In this document: positions 33,758-45,025 of the stretch, piece by piece
Numbering within the stretch: position 1 is the first letter of the stretch
Layout: each line of letters starts with the position of its first letter
Source of the DNA: Histomonas meleagridis 2922-C6/04-290x
Taxonomy: Eukaryota > Protista > Parabasalia
Assembly: GCA_020184695.1 (NCBI GenBank)
Contig: JAANOX010000216.1
Location: 12,034 to 76,033 of the forward strand
DNA length: 64,000 bases
Reading direction: 5' to 3'
Position numbers and translations under genes: made by a program
Notes under the pieces: model-generated
The model's database searches: none
The model's input: the letters and a program-made list of their open reading frames with translations, nothing else
What the model was told of the DNA's origin: nothing

Positions 33758-36260
33758 TCAATGTCGTCTTCTTCCATTTGGATTATGTCGATGCGTTCTC
33801 TTGTGCCAACTCATTTGTCTTTCGGCGTTTTCATTTCTTCGCATGAAGTAACCTTTCGACTTAAAATTACTTCTTTCTCCTTCTTCACTTTCACTACTGT
33901 AATATGATCGATCGCTTTCGTTATCATTTCTCGCTTCGTTTTTGCTTTCGTTTGTTTCGCCCAATATGCTTTTGTCTTCATAAATGTCCGAATCGGAGCT
34001 GAATCGGTCATCGTCGGGTGTGATCGCCGGCGGCATTTTGATTTCTTTATTCGATTCATTCTTACGTCGATAATATGTTTCGTCGGTTGAATTACTTTCA
34101 CTGTCGGATCTTGTTTTCCTTTTGCCGTAATATCGGTCGCTGTATTCGCTTGTTGAATAACTTTCGCTGTCGGAGCTGTAGTCAGCGTCTCTATGATATC
34201 TGCTCCTGCCGTATGAAGTCGTTCGATGACGTTTTCCGTGGTCTTCGGCGCGGTCATATTTGGGCCTGATGCTGCGCTTTTCATATCGGTCGCTTGGACG
34301 CCTATGATATGATCTGCCGTCGTCTGAATCGTCGTTGCGATCATGTGACGGACGGCGGAAAGTTCTATCGTTGTCATATGGCTGCACGCGATATCTGTCA
34401 TATGAATTGCGGTAACTTCTGTCATCATCATAAGTATCGTTGCGATCACGCAATTGCTTGCGATAGCTTCGATCATCATCATAAGTATCATTGCGATCAT
34501 TTGATGGCCTACGACGCGATCTGTTTTCGTATGTTTCATTTCTATTGTGTGATGGCTTGCGGTAACTTCTGTCATCATCATACGTTTCTTCTCTATCATA
34601 CGATTGTTTGCGGTAACTTCTGTCATCATCATAATCATCATCTCTATCATACGATTGTTTGCGGTAACTTTCGTTTCTATCATATTTTGGTTTAAGGTAA
34701 CTTCTGTCATCATCATAATCATCATCTCTACCATATGTTGGCTTGCGGTAACTTTCGTTTCTGTCATACAATGGTTTGCGATAGTTTTCGTTTCTTTCAT
34801 ACTTTGGCTTGCGATAACTTCGATCATCTTCGTCATATGACTTTCTGCGGTATGCTTTATCTCTGTCATAATCAGAGCCGGAGTCGGAGTAATAACCATC
34901 TGATTCTGAGTTCGTTTTCCTTCGATATCTTCTATCATATGAATTATCTTTTTCCTTATTTTCGTATTCGAATTTTCGTTTCTGTCTTCTTGTGTCCATT
35001 TGATCTTTGTCGTACTCAGAAGAACTATCATATTCGTAACCTGTTTTCATTTCGTAATGTTTGTCTTTATTTTTGGATTCGTATTTTTGATTTTGTTCGC
35101 TTACATTTGGTTCATCTTCTTTGTGATTGTAATCAAATTCGAATTTATTTATTTCATTTTCTTCTTCATGTTTAACTTCATCTTCGTTATGTTCTGTTTG
35201 TATTTCATTTTGTTGAATTATTTCTTTTCTTTCATTAACTTCAATTTGCATTTCGTTTTGTGTTTGAGGTGTTAATGTGTTTTCATTAACTTGTGGCTTA
35301 ACTTCAATTTGTATTTCGTTTTGCGTTTGTGGTATTAATGTGTTACTCATTTGCAAATTAGTAATTGGCAACTCATTTTGTTGCGCTATCTTCTCGGTTC
35401 TATGGTGCGCCCTCTTTGACGATTTATGTCTATGCGATTTCGAATGCGGATTTTCGCTTCCGTTATTTTCTGAATCTGATTTATGCTTTCGTGATTTTTT
35501 GTGATGATGTCTATGATGCTTATGACTACTGTGAGGCTTATGATGCTTATGACTACTGTGATGCTTGTGGTGTCTGTGAGAATGCTTTTCTTGACTTCGA
35601 TACTGATACCAAACTGGCTGATAATTATTATTATGATTTTCATCAGTTGTTGTAGGCGTGGTTTCTATTGGCATGGGAGCTGGCTCTTGTTCTGGTTGTT
35701 CGGTTCTCGCAGGTGGAGGCGATGGTATGTTTGGTTGATCGCCTATATCAGAATATGTGGAATAATCTGTGTCAGATGAAGAGTCACTGGATACTTCATC
35801 GAGTTTTGATTTAATGGCTGCAGCTTGACGCATCTTTTCTTGAATGGATCTTTTGGATTCTTCCAAAATTCTTGTTGGTATTCCAATTCCATTTGTTTTA
35901 GCATCAATAAGCAAATCCCAAAGAGCTGTTACAAATTCAGTAGTATGTTCCTTTAGATCTTCCCGTAAAGAAAGACCAAATTCTTGTGAATTAATTTCTT
36001 TCCCTTGAATGAAACCAAGTACAATTTGTGGGAGAAAATCATCATCAGTATATTTTTGAAGCTCCTTAGTAATCCAGGGTTCAAAAGCTTCTGCATTTAT
36101 ATTTTCAAGATTTAATGTTTCTGTTACACTTGGAGGATAATCAATGTGATCATCAATGTGAGCGTTTTTAAAGCGTGGGTCGCGCTGCGCTGTAATTCCG
36201 TGATAAAATTTAACTCTTGACAATTTGTTGAAGAAAGAAAGTTTAAAATTTTTTTTTCAT
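33758..36260 (-). CDS. PWI-domain protein (SRm160/SRRM1-like N-terminus) with a His-rich tract and DDDRSYRK-type repeats
   Basis: KFYHGITAQRDPRF...EAFEPWITKEL...DDDFL...EFVTALWDLLIDA is a PWI pattern. The track start is TTG at 36223. An ATG at 36260 becomes in frame if the T9 run (36249-36257) is really T8. An M3-like motif lies at 36276-36283. Confidence 0.8.
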
Positions 36261-36988
36261 ACTTTTTTCAAAAGAAAACGGTCCCCACCATGTAAAAATT
36301 GACAGGCAGATTACCTCACTTGTCATTGTAAACCATACATTAGAATAAACGGCCATATACTTATAAAAAAAATTGATTTTAGAAGCAGATAGAAATGGTA
36401 TTAATCATAAATAAAATAGAACAAAGATGTGCTTTTTAGTTTTTATTAAAATATTAAACAACATCAAAGTGTATAACTTTTGGTTTAAATTTTATTTTAA
36501 GGATTGAAGAATTGGAGTTCTTATGTTTATCTAGAAAATAGCATTTATATAAACTTGATTAAGTTATCAGCTCAAACTTGATGAATATGGATTTTTTAAA
36601 TCAGTTAGATGTGTAGAAATTAGAAAGGTGAAAAGAAGGTTTGAAGTTGATGAAGTTATCAGATTTTAGTCATATGTAAAATGGTGATTATTTGGGCATG
36701 AAAAAATATAAATATCATTCATTTACATAAATATGGGAAATACAATAATGATGAAAAACTAAAAATTATCCAAAAATGTTTTAGTTCATTACTAATGTTC
36801 CATGGGTATCATAGGAAAAAAAGCTTATGGGTTATTAAGAAAAACCAAAGAAAACAAAAATACAAGTAAAAATGATTTGGATATGCACATGTTATAATAA
36901 AGAATGAGGTAATTGATGAAAAAAGTGTCTGATCATCACACCACTTTTAATATAAAATATTGAAAAACAACAAGTAAAAATTTAACTT

Positions 36989-37579
36989 TTAGCAGCATGC
37001 TCCCCCATTTATTTCGTTGCTAGGCTTCACAGTTGTTACATTGTTGTCATTGTTCCTTGAATTTATCTTCTTCTCTAAAGCAATTTTTGCAAGATACATA
37101 AATGCGTCTTCAATTCCCGAATTCTCTTTGGCAGATGTTTGGAAGTATGCAATTCCGTAGCTGTCTGCTAATTCTTTTGCCTCTTGTGGTGTTACGGCAT
37201 TTTCAAGATCAGCTTTATTTCCAACCAAAATCATATCTATAGGGTCTGATGAAGCTTCCTTAATTGAGTCAATCCACATTCTTGTTTGATTGAATGTATC
37301 TCTTCTAGACAAATCAAAAACGACAAGAATTCCATGAGCTCCACGATAATAAGCTTTAGTAATTGACCTGAATTTTTCTTGTCCTGCTGTATCCCATATC
37401 TGGAGTTTTACGTCTTTATCATCAACTTTGATATGTTTTGTTTTAAAATCAACACCTATTGTTGTCATGAATGATTCCTGAAATTTTCCATCAGTATACC
37501 TAAGGAGCAGGCAGCTTTTCCCGACAGCACTTTCTCCAATTAAGAGGATTTTAAGCAATTGTTCGCTTGTTGCAGCCAT
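36989..37579 (-). CDS. Rab family GTPase (Rab1/Rab8-Sec4-like)
   Basis: GESAVGKS, TIGVDF, WDTAGQEKFRSIT, GNKAD, TSAK and a C-terminal CC prenylation motif. Confidence 0.95.
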   Translation of the reverse strand: MAATSEQLLKILLIGESAVGKSCLLLRYTDGKFQESFMTTIGVDFKTKHIKVDDKDVKLQIWDTAGQEKFRSITKAYYRGAHGILVVFDLSRRDTFNQTRMWIDSIKEASSDPIDMILVGNKADLENAVTPQEAKELADSYGIAYFQTSAKENSGIEDAFMYLAKIALEKKINSRNNDNNVTTVKPSNEINGGACC

Positions 37580-37587
37580 AAAAGTGA
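37580..37587 (-). promoter_or_regulatory. Initiator (Inr)-like TCACTTTT immediately before the Rab ATG
   Basis: Matches the trichomonad Inr TCA(Y)T(W). Similar motifs precede the ATGs at 9480, 39618 and 43009. Confidence 0.55.
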
Positions 37588-37930
37588 CCCAAAATTCAGT
37601 TTTTGAATTAAAATTAAAATAATTGAAAAAGTGTTGTTTCCATTAACGTTCGCCATAAAATCTCAATGATTTGATCGAAAAAGGATTATAAATCTTGAAC
37701 AAATAAATGTAAACGATATTGTATTTTATTTTTCAGTGAAATAGATGTATTTGTTATTAACATTCTTGATTTTTATTAAAAGGAAAAGTTAAAAACATAA
37801 TTTTAATGATTTTTCAACAAAAATTAATTGCTGCCCTTTTTTTTAAAAAAAAATTTTACTTAAAAAAAGTCCGTTTATTTACAACAATATAAAAAATATG
37901 TTATTCGTTCGATGAATTTAAAGAAAAAAC

Positions 37931-38593
37931 TTATTTGCTTGAATTAAGAATTTCAATTTCATCTTCAGCAATCTGTATGTTCTTTTTTAAGGCTTCGATT
38001 TTCCCTTGTAATGATTGAACATGAGTTCGTAAGGTGATGATTTGTGGTGCATCTGCTGACTTTTCTTCTGTTTTTGGTGTGATTGGTTCATCAAGCATTA
38101 CAAAGAGGTTACTAAGATCGTTATCTATATTTCTATAGTCTTCAAATAACTCCGATTTTTGACGTATGTATGCTTCCAAATCTTTTATTTCTTTCTGTTT
38201 GATATTGATTTGATTTTGCATTTCTTGAGATTGTTGTTTTGCTCTTTCATTCTCTCTTTCAACTACTTCTACCTCTGTTTTTAATTCGTCTACTTTTTTT
38301 TCGAGGGCCATTAATCGTTGTAATGCTTGAATTTCAGATGGAGAAGTTTCACGTTCTTTTTGAAGATCATTCAATGCTTTTTCAACAAGAGATCCAAAAA
38401 TTTGATCCGAGTCTGCAATTTTTTTTAGCATTTCAATAAAAATATTAATTCTTTCTTCACTTCCCATTCTTGAATTCCTTGCTCTTTCACGAAGATTCCT
38501 TTCGAGCCATAGCTCTAATTTCACTTGTGGTGCTTTATCCTTTGAATATATATCACGAGAATTTGCATTTGTTTTTAAAGCACTCGAATTCAT
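37931..38593 (-). CDS. Coiled-coil hypothetical protein
   Basis: Open frame; first ATG at 38593 (the track start is GTG at 38626). Confidence 0.7.
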   Translation of the reverse strand: MNSSALKTNANSRDIYSKDKAPQVKLELWLERNLRERARNSRMGSEERINIFIEMLKKIADSDQIFGSLVEKALNDLQKERETSPSEIQALQRLMALEKKVDELKTEVEVVERENERAKQQSQEMQNQINIKQKEIKDLEAYIRQKSELFEDYRNIDNDLSNLFVMLDEPITPKTEEKSADAPQIITLRTHVQSLQGKIEALKKNIQIAEDEIEILNSSK

Positions 38594-39617
38594 GTGGACG
38601 TTTACATCGAAAAGTGACAATTTCACGAAAAAAACCCTTAAACTCGGCAGGAGGAGTTTTATGGCAAAAAAATAGAGAGGTTGCAGAAGGCTATGTTATA
38701 TATAAAATGGATAAGAAAATTGAATTTTTTTCAAATTTGGGGGTTTTGACTTCATGATATTTGGACAAATGTTTCTTGAATTCCTAGGTAGCAATATGCT
38801 ATTAGTGTTTTTTTTTACAAAATTCCTTAAATAATTTTTTATGAAGAATTTTCTTTTTGAAACGAATTTTTAATTTTTCTCAAAATTAGTCAAAAGAATT
38901 TCTTAGATATCCGAGAGCCTTAGATATTCTCATAACTGTACTCCACAACATGAACCATATAAATTTTTATTTGTCCAATTTTTTAATCATGGAGCTTTCC
39001 TTTGAACCATGTTGGTAAAACGATTAAATTCTTCACAAATGTAAAAATTGTTTTTTTAGGATTCAAATGAACTCAACAAATCGATGCAGACTTTTTTTTT
39101 TTGAATCTATATCATAAACATTATCAAAAAGATAAGTAGTGTTCATAATATCAATCAAGAAAACAATAATTTTCTTCAAAATAACGAGCCGAATTAACGA
39201 TCAAAAATGATTTAATACCCATAAAAATTAAAATTTAAATTTTTAAAAACTCCACGAACAAATTGTGCTTATCCTTCAATATAGAAATATAAATGCTGAT
39301 TTTTTGATTATTTTGATCTTAAAACTTTCTTCACAATTTTTAAATTTTTGATTCCCAAGCACCCAAAAATCCCCATTTTATGACAACGGTTGTTTATTTT
39401 ACAACCATTCAATCCATCAAAAGCAAATTTGTGCAAATCGTTCGAAAATTGAGTAAATTGAATTCATGTTTTTGAGTTTATTGTTCGTTGGGAATCTGTC
39501 AATTTCTGCCGCTAGAAAGTGAAACCAATATTCAAAAAAAAAAGAGCATTTCGATGGAATTTTGAAACGATATTTTAGGATTCAATTTATCGTTCTGACT
39601 TACCAATTATCATTTTT

Positions 39618-41432
39618 ATGTTTTTGGTGAATCATTTTGTTGCCATCGTTTCTTTTATATATTTCATACATGAATTTAGAGCTTCACATACTAATGTCAG
39701 TTCAAACATCAATAAAATCTTATATCTACACACCATTAAAAAAGATTATAATAAAATTGGAAAAGAATCACATATTTCAAGATTTCCAACATATGTTGGA
39801 TGTAGTTCTTATTGTGATTTTTCATTTTGGAAAATGCATTTTTATGATAAATCTTATAATGATTATACTTACTTATGTTTTCATACCAATGACATTAATA
39901 AATTCAAGAAGAATATAGCAGCAAATAATTATTCTTCCATTATAACATTCATAATCTTAGCATTAGCTTCAGCAGAAATTTTGTTCGAATCAAAGGAGAA
40001 AAAACTCAAAAACTTATTGAATGATTTGAAAATGCCAAATTTATTATTTCACATATTTTTCATAAATTCATTTCAAAGTTTTGAATCAGGCACACTCACA
40101 ATTAATTCTGATGATGATTTCCTCGAAGATTATAGCCAATTTATGTATTCAACATATCATGTTGTTATCGGAAATGGAGTAACACAAATTCCAGATGCAG
40201 AATTCGCAAATTGGAATATAAACACAGCTTATATTGGTGATTCAGTTACGAGAATTGGTGTTATTGCTTTTCAATCATGCAGTTATCTGCATTCAATATA
40301 CATCGGGAAGAGTGTTACAAAAATTTATGCAGCATCCTTTTCGGGTGTTTCAAATCTAAAATGCATATTTTTTAGTGGTGTGAAAGAGCCAACAATATCG
40401 CAATATCGGTGGTTCACAACTGCTTTTGATGATTATTTAGAAATGATAGTAATGGTTCCTTCAAATTATGAAGGAAATAGTTTTGATATTTTTGATGTTA
40501 CCAAAGGAATAATTCTTGATGAGTGTCGCGATTTGGGATGGGAAATTCCAACTGTTACTCCAACAAATACGTTTACCAAATCAAATGCATTTACCAAGTC
40601 AAATACTTTCACTAAATCAAATTCATTTAGTATATCAAATACATTCACTAAATCAAATTCATTTACTAAGTCAAATACATTCACTAAATCAAATTCATTT
40701 ACCAAGTCAAATACATTCACTAAATCAAGTGCATTTACCAAATCAAATACATTCACTAAATCAAATGCATTTACTAAATCAAATACATTCACTAAATCAA
40801 ATGCATTTACTAAATCAAATGCATTTACTAAATCAAATACTTTTACCAAGTCAAATACATTCACTAAATCAAGTTCATTCACTAAATCAAGTTCATTCAC
40901 TAAGTCAAATGCATTCACTAAGTCGAATACTTTTTTTCAGTCAAATGCAATTTCAGATTTCACTTTCACATTTTCATATATTTTAACTCATTCACTACGA
41001 ATTACAGAAACATTTTCATTCACATTAATCATTTCGAATTCATTTGTAGTTACGATGTACAATTCGAGTTATTTCTATACATTAACCAAATTTTTAAATT
41101 ACAATTATACAATAATTAAATATTCTCAATACTTAACTATTATTTCCAATTACTTTACTATTTATCAACAAAATTACAAAACAAATAATCAGAAAAATGA
41201 CACAATAATCATTGTAATTGTTGTAATAATAATTGTTGTAATTATTTTGGTTATAATTTCAATTTTCTTGATAAGGAGAATAAAAATCACAAAACAAATA
41301 ACATCAGAAGTTATTACCGAAGAAGAAAATAATTCAACAAATGAAATCACAACAATTATGTCAATGGACAATACCGAAATTGATCCATTTGCAAAAGATT
41401 TCGCTGAAGATAATCGACTAAATCACTTATAG
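39618..41432 (+). CDS. BspA-like (TpLRR) type I surface protein with an S/T-rich repeat stalk, TM helix and short acidic tail
   Basis: VVIGNGVTQIPDAEF, IGDSVTRIGVIAFQSC and IGKSVTKIYAASF are TpLRR repeats. There are 21 copies of [NS][TAS]FTKS, then IIVIVVIIIVVIILVIISIFLI (TM) and a DPFAKDFAED tail. An alternative start lies at 40032. Confidence 0.85.
   Translation: MFLVNHFVAIVSFIYFIHEFRASHTNVSSNINKILYLHTIKKDYNKIGKESHISRFPTYVGCSSYCDFSFWKMHFYDKSYNDYTYLCFHTNDINKFKKNIAANNYSSIITFIILALASAEILFESKEKKLKNLLNDLKMPNLLFHIFFINSFQSFESGTLTINSDDDFLEDYSQFMYSTYHVVIGNGVTQIPDAEFANWNINTAYIGDSVTRIGVIAFQSCSYLHSIYIGKSVTKIYAASFSGVSNLKCIFFSGVKEPTISQYRWFTTAFDDYLEMIVMVPSNYEGNSFDIFDVTKGIILDECRDLGWEIPTVTPTNTFTKSNAFTKSNTFTKSNSFSISNTFTKSNSFTKSNTFTKSNSFTKSNTFTKSSAFTKSNTFTKSNAFTKSNTFTKSNAFTKSNAFTKSNTFTKSNTFTKSSSFTKSSSFTKSNAFTKSNTFFQSNAISDFTFTFSYILTHSLRITETFSFTLIISNSFVVTMYNSSYFYTLTKFLNYNYTIIKYSQYLTIISNYFTIYQQNYKTNNQKNDTIIIVIVVIIIVVIILVIISIFLIRRIKITKQITSEVITEEENNSTNEITTIMSMDNTEIDPFAKDFAEDNRLNHL
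40566..40943 (+). repeat. 18-bp coding tandem repeat, 21 copies
   Basis: AAT ACA TTC ACT AAA TCA-type units encoding NTFTKS. Confidence 0.9.
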
Positions 41433-41437
41433 AATAG

Positions 41438-41621
41438 AACTGTTATAACTTTACGCAGTTACATATTTATGTGAATACGTTTATACACAAAAAAATTATT
41501 CATAAAATGTTTACATATTATTATGCTAAAACTGTTATAACTTTACGCAGTTACATATGAATGTGAATACGTTTATAACCAAAAAAATTATTCATAAAAT
41601 GTTTACATATTATTATGCTAA
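41438..41621. repeat. 92-bp tandem duplication between convergent 3' ends
   Basis: AACTGTTATAACTTTACGCAGTTACATAT... starts at 41438 and at 41530. Confidence 0.85.
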
Positions 41622-42853
41622 AACTGCTGGTATGGCATTAACGTTGCCATCAACTTATTTAATTCCTTATTTCTCTTCGGAGAAATTGCAGCGTCGAACA
41701 TGCTCGCGAATTCTCCTTTTTCTTTTTCGGAGAATGGAACCGAAGAATAAAATTCAGTTGTTTGTGTCTTCAGACAAAATGTTAAATCGTTTGAATTTTG
41801 CATTATAATTTCATTTACGTTTTGCCCACTTTCGAATATGTCGTGCGCAAATATGATATTACTTTCCATTGATGATGACATATATTTTTCATTTGACCTT
41901 AAATAACATAAAGCGTTATCATAGATTGCTGTGTTCGCTTCAAGTGATGGCTCTGGATATTGTTGGAATTGTTGATTCATGTTCTCAAATGATGGACGTA
42001 ACGCTTCTTTAATTTTCTTCTTTTCTTCTTTCGTTAAGTCAGGTGAAGTTAACACATAAAAAGTGACATCGGGCCCTTCAAATTTTAAGAGTAAAGTTTT
42101 GATAATTTCATCGTTTGGAATATTTGAATTGCATTTGGGAAAATTACAAATGGCACTTTTTTGCTTGGGATTCATGTAAACGATAGCGCGGTTTTTGACA
42201 AATGGAGCAAAAACAAAAAAGGAAGCAAACTCAGGGGAAATGTGTGAGATAAATAACTTGTTTTGAACATGGCAGGAGATGCCCCATATGTTTGGATTTG
42301 AGTTTATAATTGTGAATTCGGTAATGGCTGTCATGACTATTGAACGATTCCAATTACCACTGAGAATTTGTGGGAAGGTAAAGTTAATAGGGGTTAAGCA
42401 AAAAATTTGATCACATAATTTTTTGCCTTTATCCTTTAAATAGTTTTCGAGTTGTTCACTACATTGGATTCCTGGGCCAAGTGAAAAAAGTGAAATATCG
42501 ACAATCCTATCAAGAGCTCTTAAAACAGCAGCTCCAGTATAACTTGCTGGCATTCTTAATACGAAAAATAAAAGGTTTTCTCCATTGAACGGTATTGTTC
42601 TGATGGCAGCATTTGTCTGTTTGTATGCAATTACATTTACTCCATCACCTTCAAATGTTACTGTCATAAATGTGTAAAGAGAAACAACTGAACTGAGAAA
42701 ATTTTCTGTGGTTTCATCTGAAATATTCGGAGGATAACGATATTTTACGGAGTCCAATAGGTTGCCTTCTTCTTCTCCTTTCGCACCTTTTTTTGCTGGC
42801 TTATGAATGAAAACATAAAAAGAGCAACTTTGGTTTGCCCCGGAAAATAGCAT
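41618..42853 (-). CDS. Probable longin-domain protein, CCZ1/INTU/HPS4-like
   Basis: The N-terminus FYVFIHKP..KGEEEGNL..KYRYPP..SSVVSLYTFMTVTF resembles the first longin domain of CCZ1 by eye. First ATG at 42853. Confidence 0.6.
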   Translation of the reverse strand: MLFSGANQSCSFYVFIHKPAKKGAKGEEEGNLLDSVKYRYPPNISDETTENFLSSVVSLYTFMTVTFEGDGVNVIAYKQTNAAIRTIPFNGENLLFFVLRMPASYTGAAVLRALDRIVDISLFSLGPGIQCSEQLENYLKDKGKKLCDQIFCLTPINFTFPQILSGNWNRSIVMTAITEFTIINSNPNIWGISCHVQNKLFISHISPEFASFFVFAPFVKNRAIVYMNPKQKSAICNFPKCNSNIPNDEIIKTLLLKFEGPDVTFYVLTSPDLTKEEKKKIKEALRPSFENMNQQFQQYPEPSLEANTAIYDNALCYLRSNEKYMSSSMESNIIFAHDIFESGQNVNEIIMQNSNDLTFCLKTQTTEFYSSVPFSEKEKGEFASMFDAAISPKRNKELNKLMATLMPYQQF

Positions 42854-43008
42854 TTTACAAACGATAAGAAATTCCAATGCATTTTGATCGTCACTGAACC
42901 ACCTTTCCCTAGGGTACCCCAAATGTGTTGAACACTTTTTGCTTGGAATACTTGTGTCACTTTTGGATCAGCCTGCCCCAGAAACATTCAAAACTTTACA
43001 TTCATTAA

Positions 43009-44673
43009 ATGGGGGTACCAGGACTATGGAGAATACTCGACATGGCTTCCCAACCCTTTAATTTCGAACAACATTCTGGAATACGAATTGCCGTAGATAT
43101 ATATCCTTATTTAAACAGATTACTTCATAGTTCAAATTCATCAAAATGGCTTTTTTATTTAATGAAAAGCATTTTCAAAATATGTCATTTCAATATTAAA
43201 CTCATCATAGTGTTCCAAGGTAAAAAGCCAGCCGAAAAGATGTACAGTACTTCTCTTGGTACCGAATCAGATTTATTAGATTACACTCGAGTTCGATCTG
43301 CTCTACTTCGGTCTAAGCCACAAAACACAGACGTTGTAGAACCAAAGAAAACGAATGAACAAATATCACTTTTACCAATACCAAATCAATTTTCATCAAA
43401 TTCACCATCGAAAATCATCCAAATCCAAAATCCAGATGACCCATTGCTATTCTCAATGGAGCAACTTCAAAATATGTCTAAAACAAAATTAATTGTCAGT
43501 AAAACCCCAAATATTATACATTCAAATGCAACAAATCCTATTTTTTTCCACGAAAATCCAAAGCCGCCGTCCACCAATTCCTCTCCAAACAAGAAGAAGT
43601 CCGAAATTAAGTTAGCTCAACCTGTTGAACAAGATTTCGAATATCATTCCAAAATTCTCGAGGGAATCGATGATATCATCAACGAAGACGACATTGATCC
43701 TGACGAAGAACCCGGAAGCAGTCATTCCCATATACCAATATCACTTTTACCTGCCGATAATCCTTTTTTACCACCAATTGAAAATTATGTTACCGCAGAT
43801 CATGTTCGAATGTCAATACATCTCTTTGAATTGCTTAACATTCCTTATGTTATGGCACCAGAAGAAGCATGCGCTGAATGTGTCCGATTAGAAATGGAAA
43901 ATATTGTCGACGCTGTTGGTAGTGATGATAATAATTCTGTTTTGTTTGGTTCTAAATGGTTAATTCGAGGTCTATTTACAAGTCCTCAATCGATTACGTT
44001 AAAATCTTTGGATGATATTGGATTGACTCGGGAAAGATTATTAAATTTGGCCATGATGATTGATGGCGATTATAACTATGACATTAGAAGAAGATTGTTT
44101 ACTGTTGGCCCTGTTCGTGGTATTGAAATTTTATCCCAATTTCCAAATAAGGAAAAAGGTTTAATTGAATTTAAAGAATGGTGGCTAAGAATAATAAAAT
44201 ACAAAGGACAAGAAGAAGATGATGATAAGAAAAAGCTGGCCAAGAAAAAATGGATTCGAAGGCTCGCAATGCCAACCGATTTTCCCCCTTCAAATTTGAT
44301 GCAAGCATTCAAAAAGCCGGTCGTTGGCACTGAAAAAGTGGCGACAACAAAGTTGACCGTTAAGAAGGATGAATTGATTAAATATGTAAGTCAAAACTCA
44401 ATGACATCGCCAAATACAATAGAAGAATATGTTAACGCTTTCATAAAAAGAATTGGAAGCTTTGATGGGAATGCTAAATTGATTGGATTCTCAAAAAATA
44501 GTTTGGCGATTCCAGAAAAGTTTGAAGTGTTTTTGGATAAAATCAAAGAATACGACAAAGAAAATAAAACTGTTGATAGCAGTAATGGTCAGGAGTTTTT
44601 GGATGATGATGATTCAAGTACATTGTCAACGGAAGAAGAATCCGAAAAAGATTCAATTGAAGAATCACAATAA
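43009..44673 (+). CDS. XPG/Rad2-family structure-specific nuclease homologue with active-site substitutions
   Basis: MGVPGLWRIL, IAVD, LIIVFQGK, IPYVMAPEEACAEC, GSDDNNSVLFGS, and the H3TH segment LAMMIDGDY...VGPVRGIEIL. Confidence 0.85.
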   Translation: MGVPGLWRILDMASQPFNFEQHSGIRIAVDIYPYLNRLLHSSNSSKWLFYLMKSIFKICHFNIKLIIVFQGKKPAEKMYSTSLGTESDLLDYTRVRSALLRSKPQNTDVVEPKKTNEQISLLPIPNQFSSNSPSKIIQIQNPDDPLLFSMEQLQNMSKTKLIVSKTPNIIHSNATNPIFFHENPKPPSTNSSPNKKKSEIKLAQPVEQDFEYHSKILEGIDDIINEDDIDPDEEPGSSHSHIPISLLPADNPFLPPIENYVTADHVRMSIHLFELLNIPYVMAPEEACAECVRLEMENIVDAVGSDDNNSVLFGSKWLIRGLFTSPQSITLKSLDDIGLTRERLLNLAMMIDGDYNYDIRRRLFTVGPVRGIEILSQFPNKEKGLIEFKEWWLRIIKYKGQEEDDDKKKLAKKKWIRRLAMPTDFPPSNLMQAFKKPVVGTEKVATTKLTVKKDELIKYVSQNSMTSPNTIEEYVNAFIKRIGSFDGNAKLIGFSKNSLAIPEKFEVFLDKIKEYDKENKTVDSSNGQEFLDDDDSSTLSTEEESEKDSIEESQ

Positions 44674-45025
44674 ATAAAATGTATGTATAAGCATTAATGG
44701 TCATGTCGAACAATTTTAACTTTTGTTAGATTTGTAGAAAGAATCGAATTGTGAATGTTGTATGAAAACATGAAAAGGAAATTCTTTTGTTTTAAATTTC
44801 CAAAAGTGAATTTTTCTTACCAACATATGAATGTGGGCTAACATAGATAAGAAGGGAAGGTTTTAAATATGCTTTTTAATAATGAGTTCAATCGATTCTG
44901 AATAATTTCTCATAAAATTCATAAATTAACTTTTATATACAATTGGGGCATTTTTTTGTCACTCGTTCTCTTTTTTTGTGATTCTTTCTAATCGTTTGGA
45001 GCACCCTGCACATTTTGTTTGACAA

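Noticed and set aside
33811-35779. Overlapping alternative-frame and antisense ORFs, including a 406-aa Met/Ile-rich ORF
   Set aside because: These are shadows of the low-complexity repeat region of the PWI gene.
36223-36260. Non-AUG (TTG) initiation of the PWI gene, and the similar TTG/GTG starts at 9507, 30362, 38626 and 42922
   Set aside because: A 1-nt homopolymer correction gives an ATG start at 36260, and the others have nearby in-frame ATGs. Sequence error or ORF-caller settings are the simpler explanation.
40466-40986. Antisense and alternative-frame repeat ORFs (DLVN / QIHSL repeats)
   Set aside because: By-products of the stop-free 18-bp tandem repeat in the BspA-like gene.
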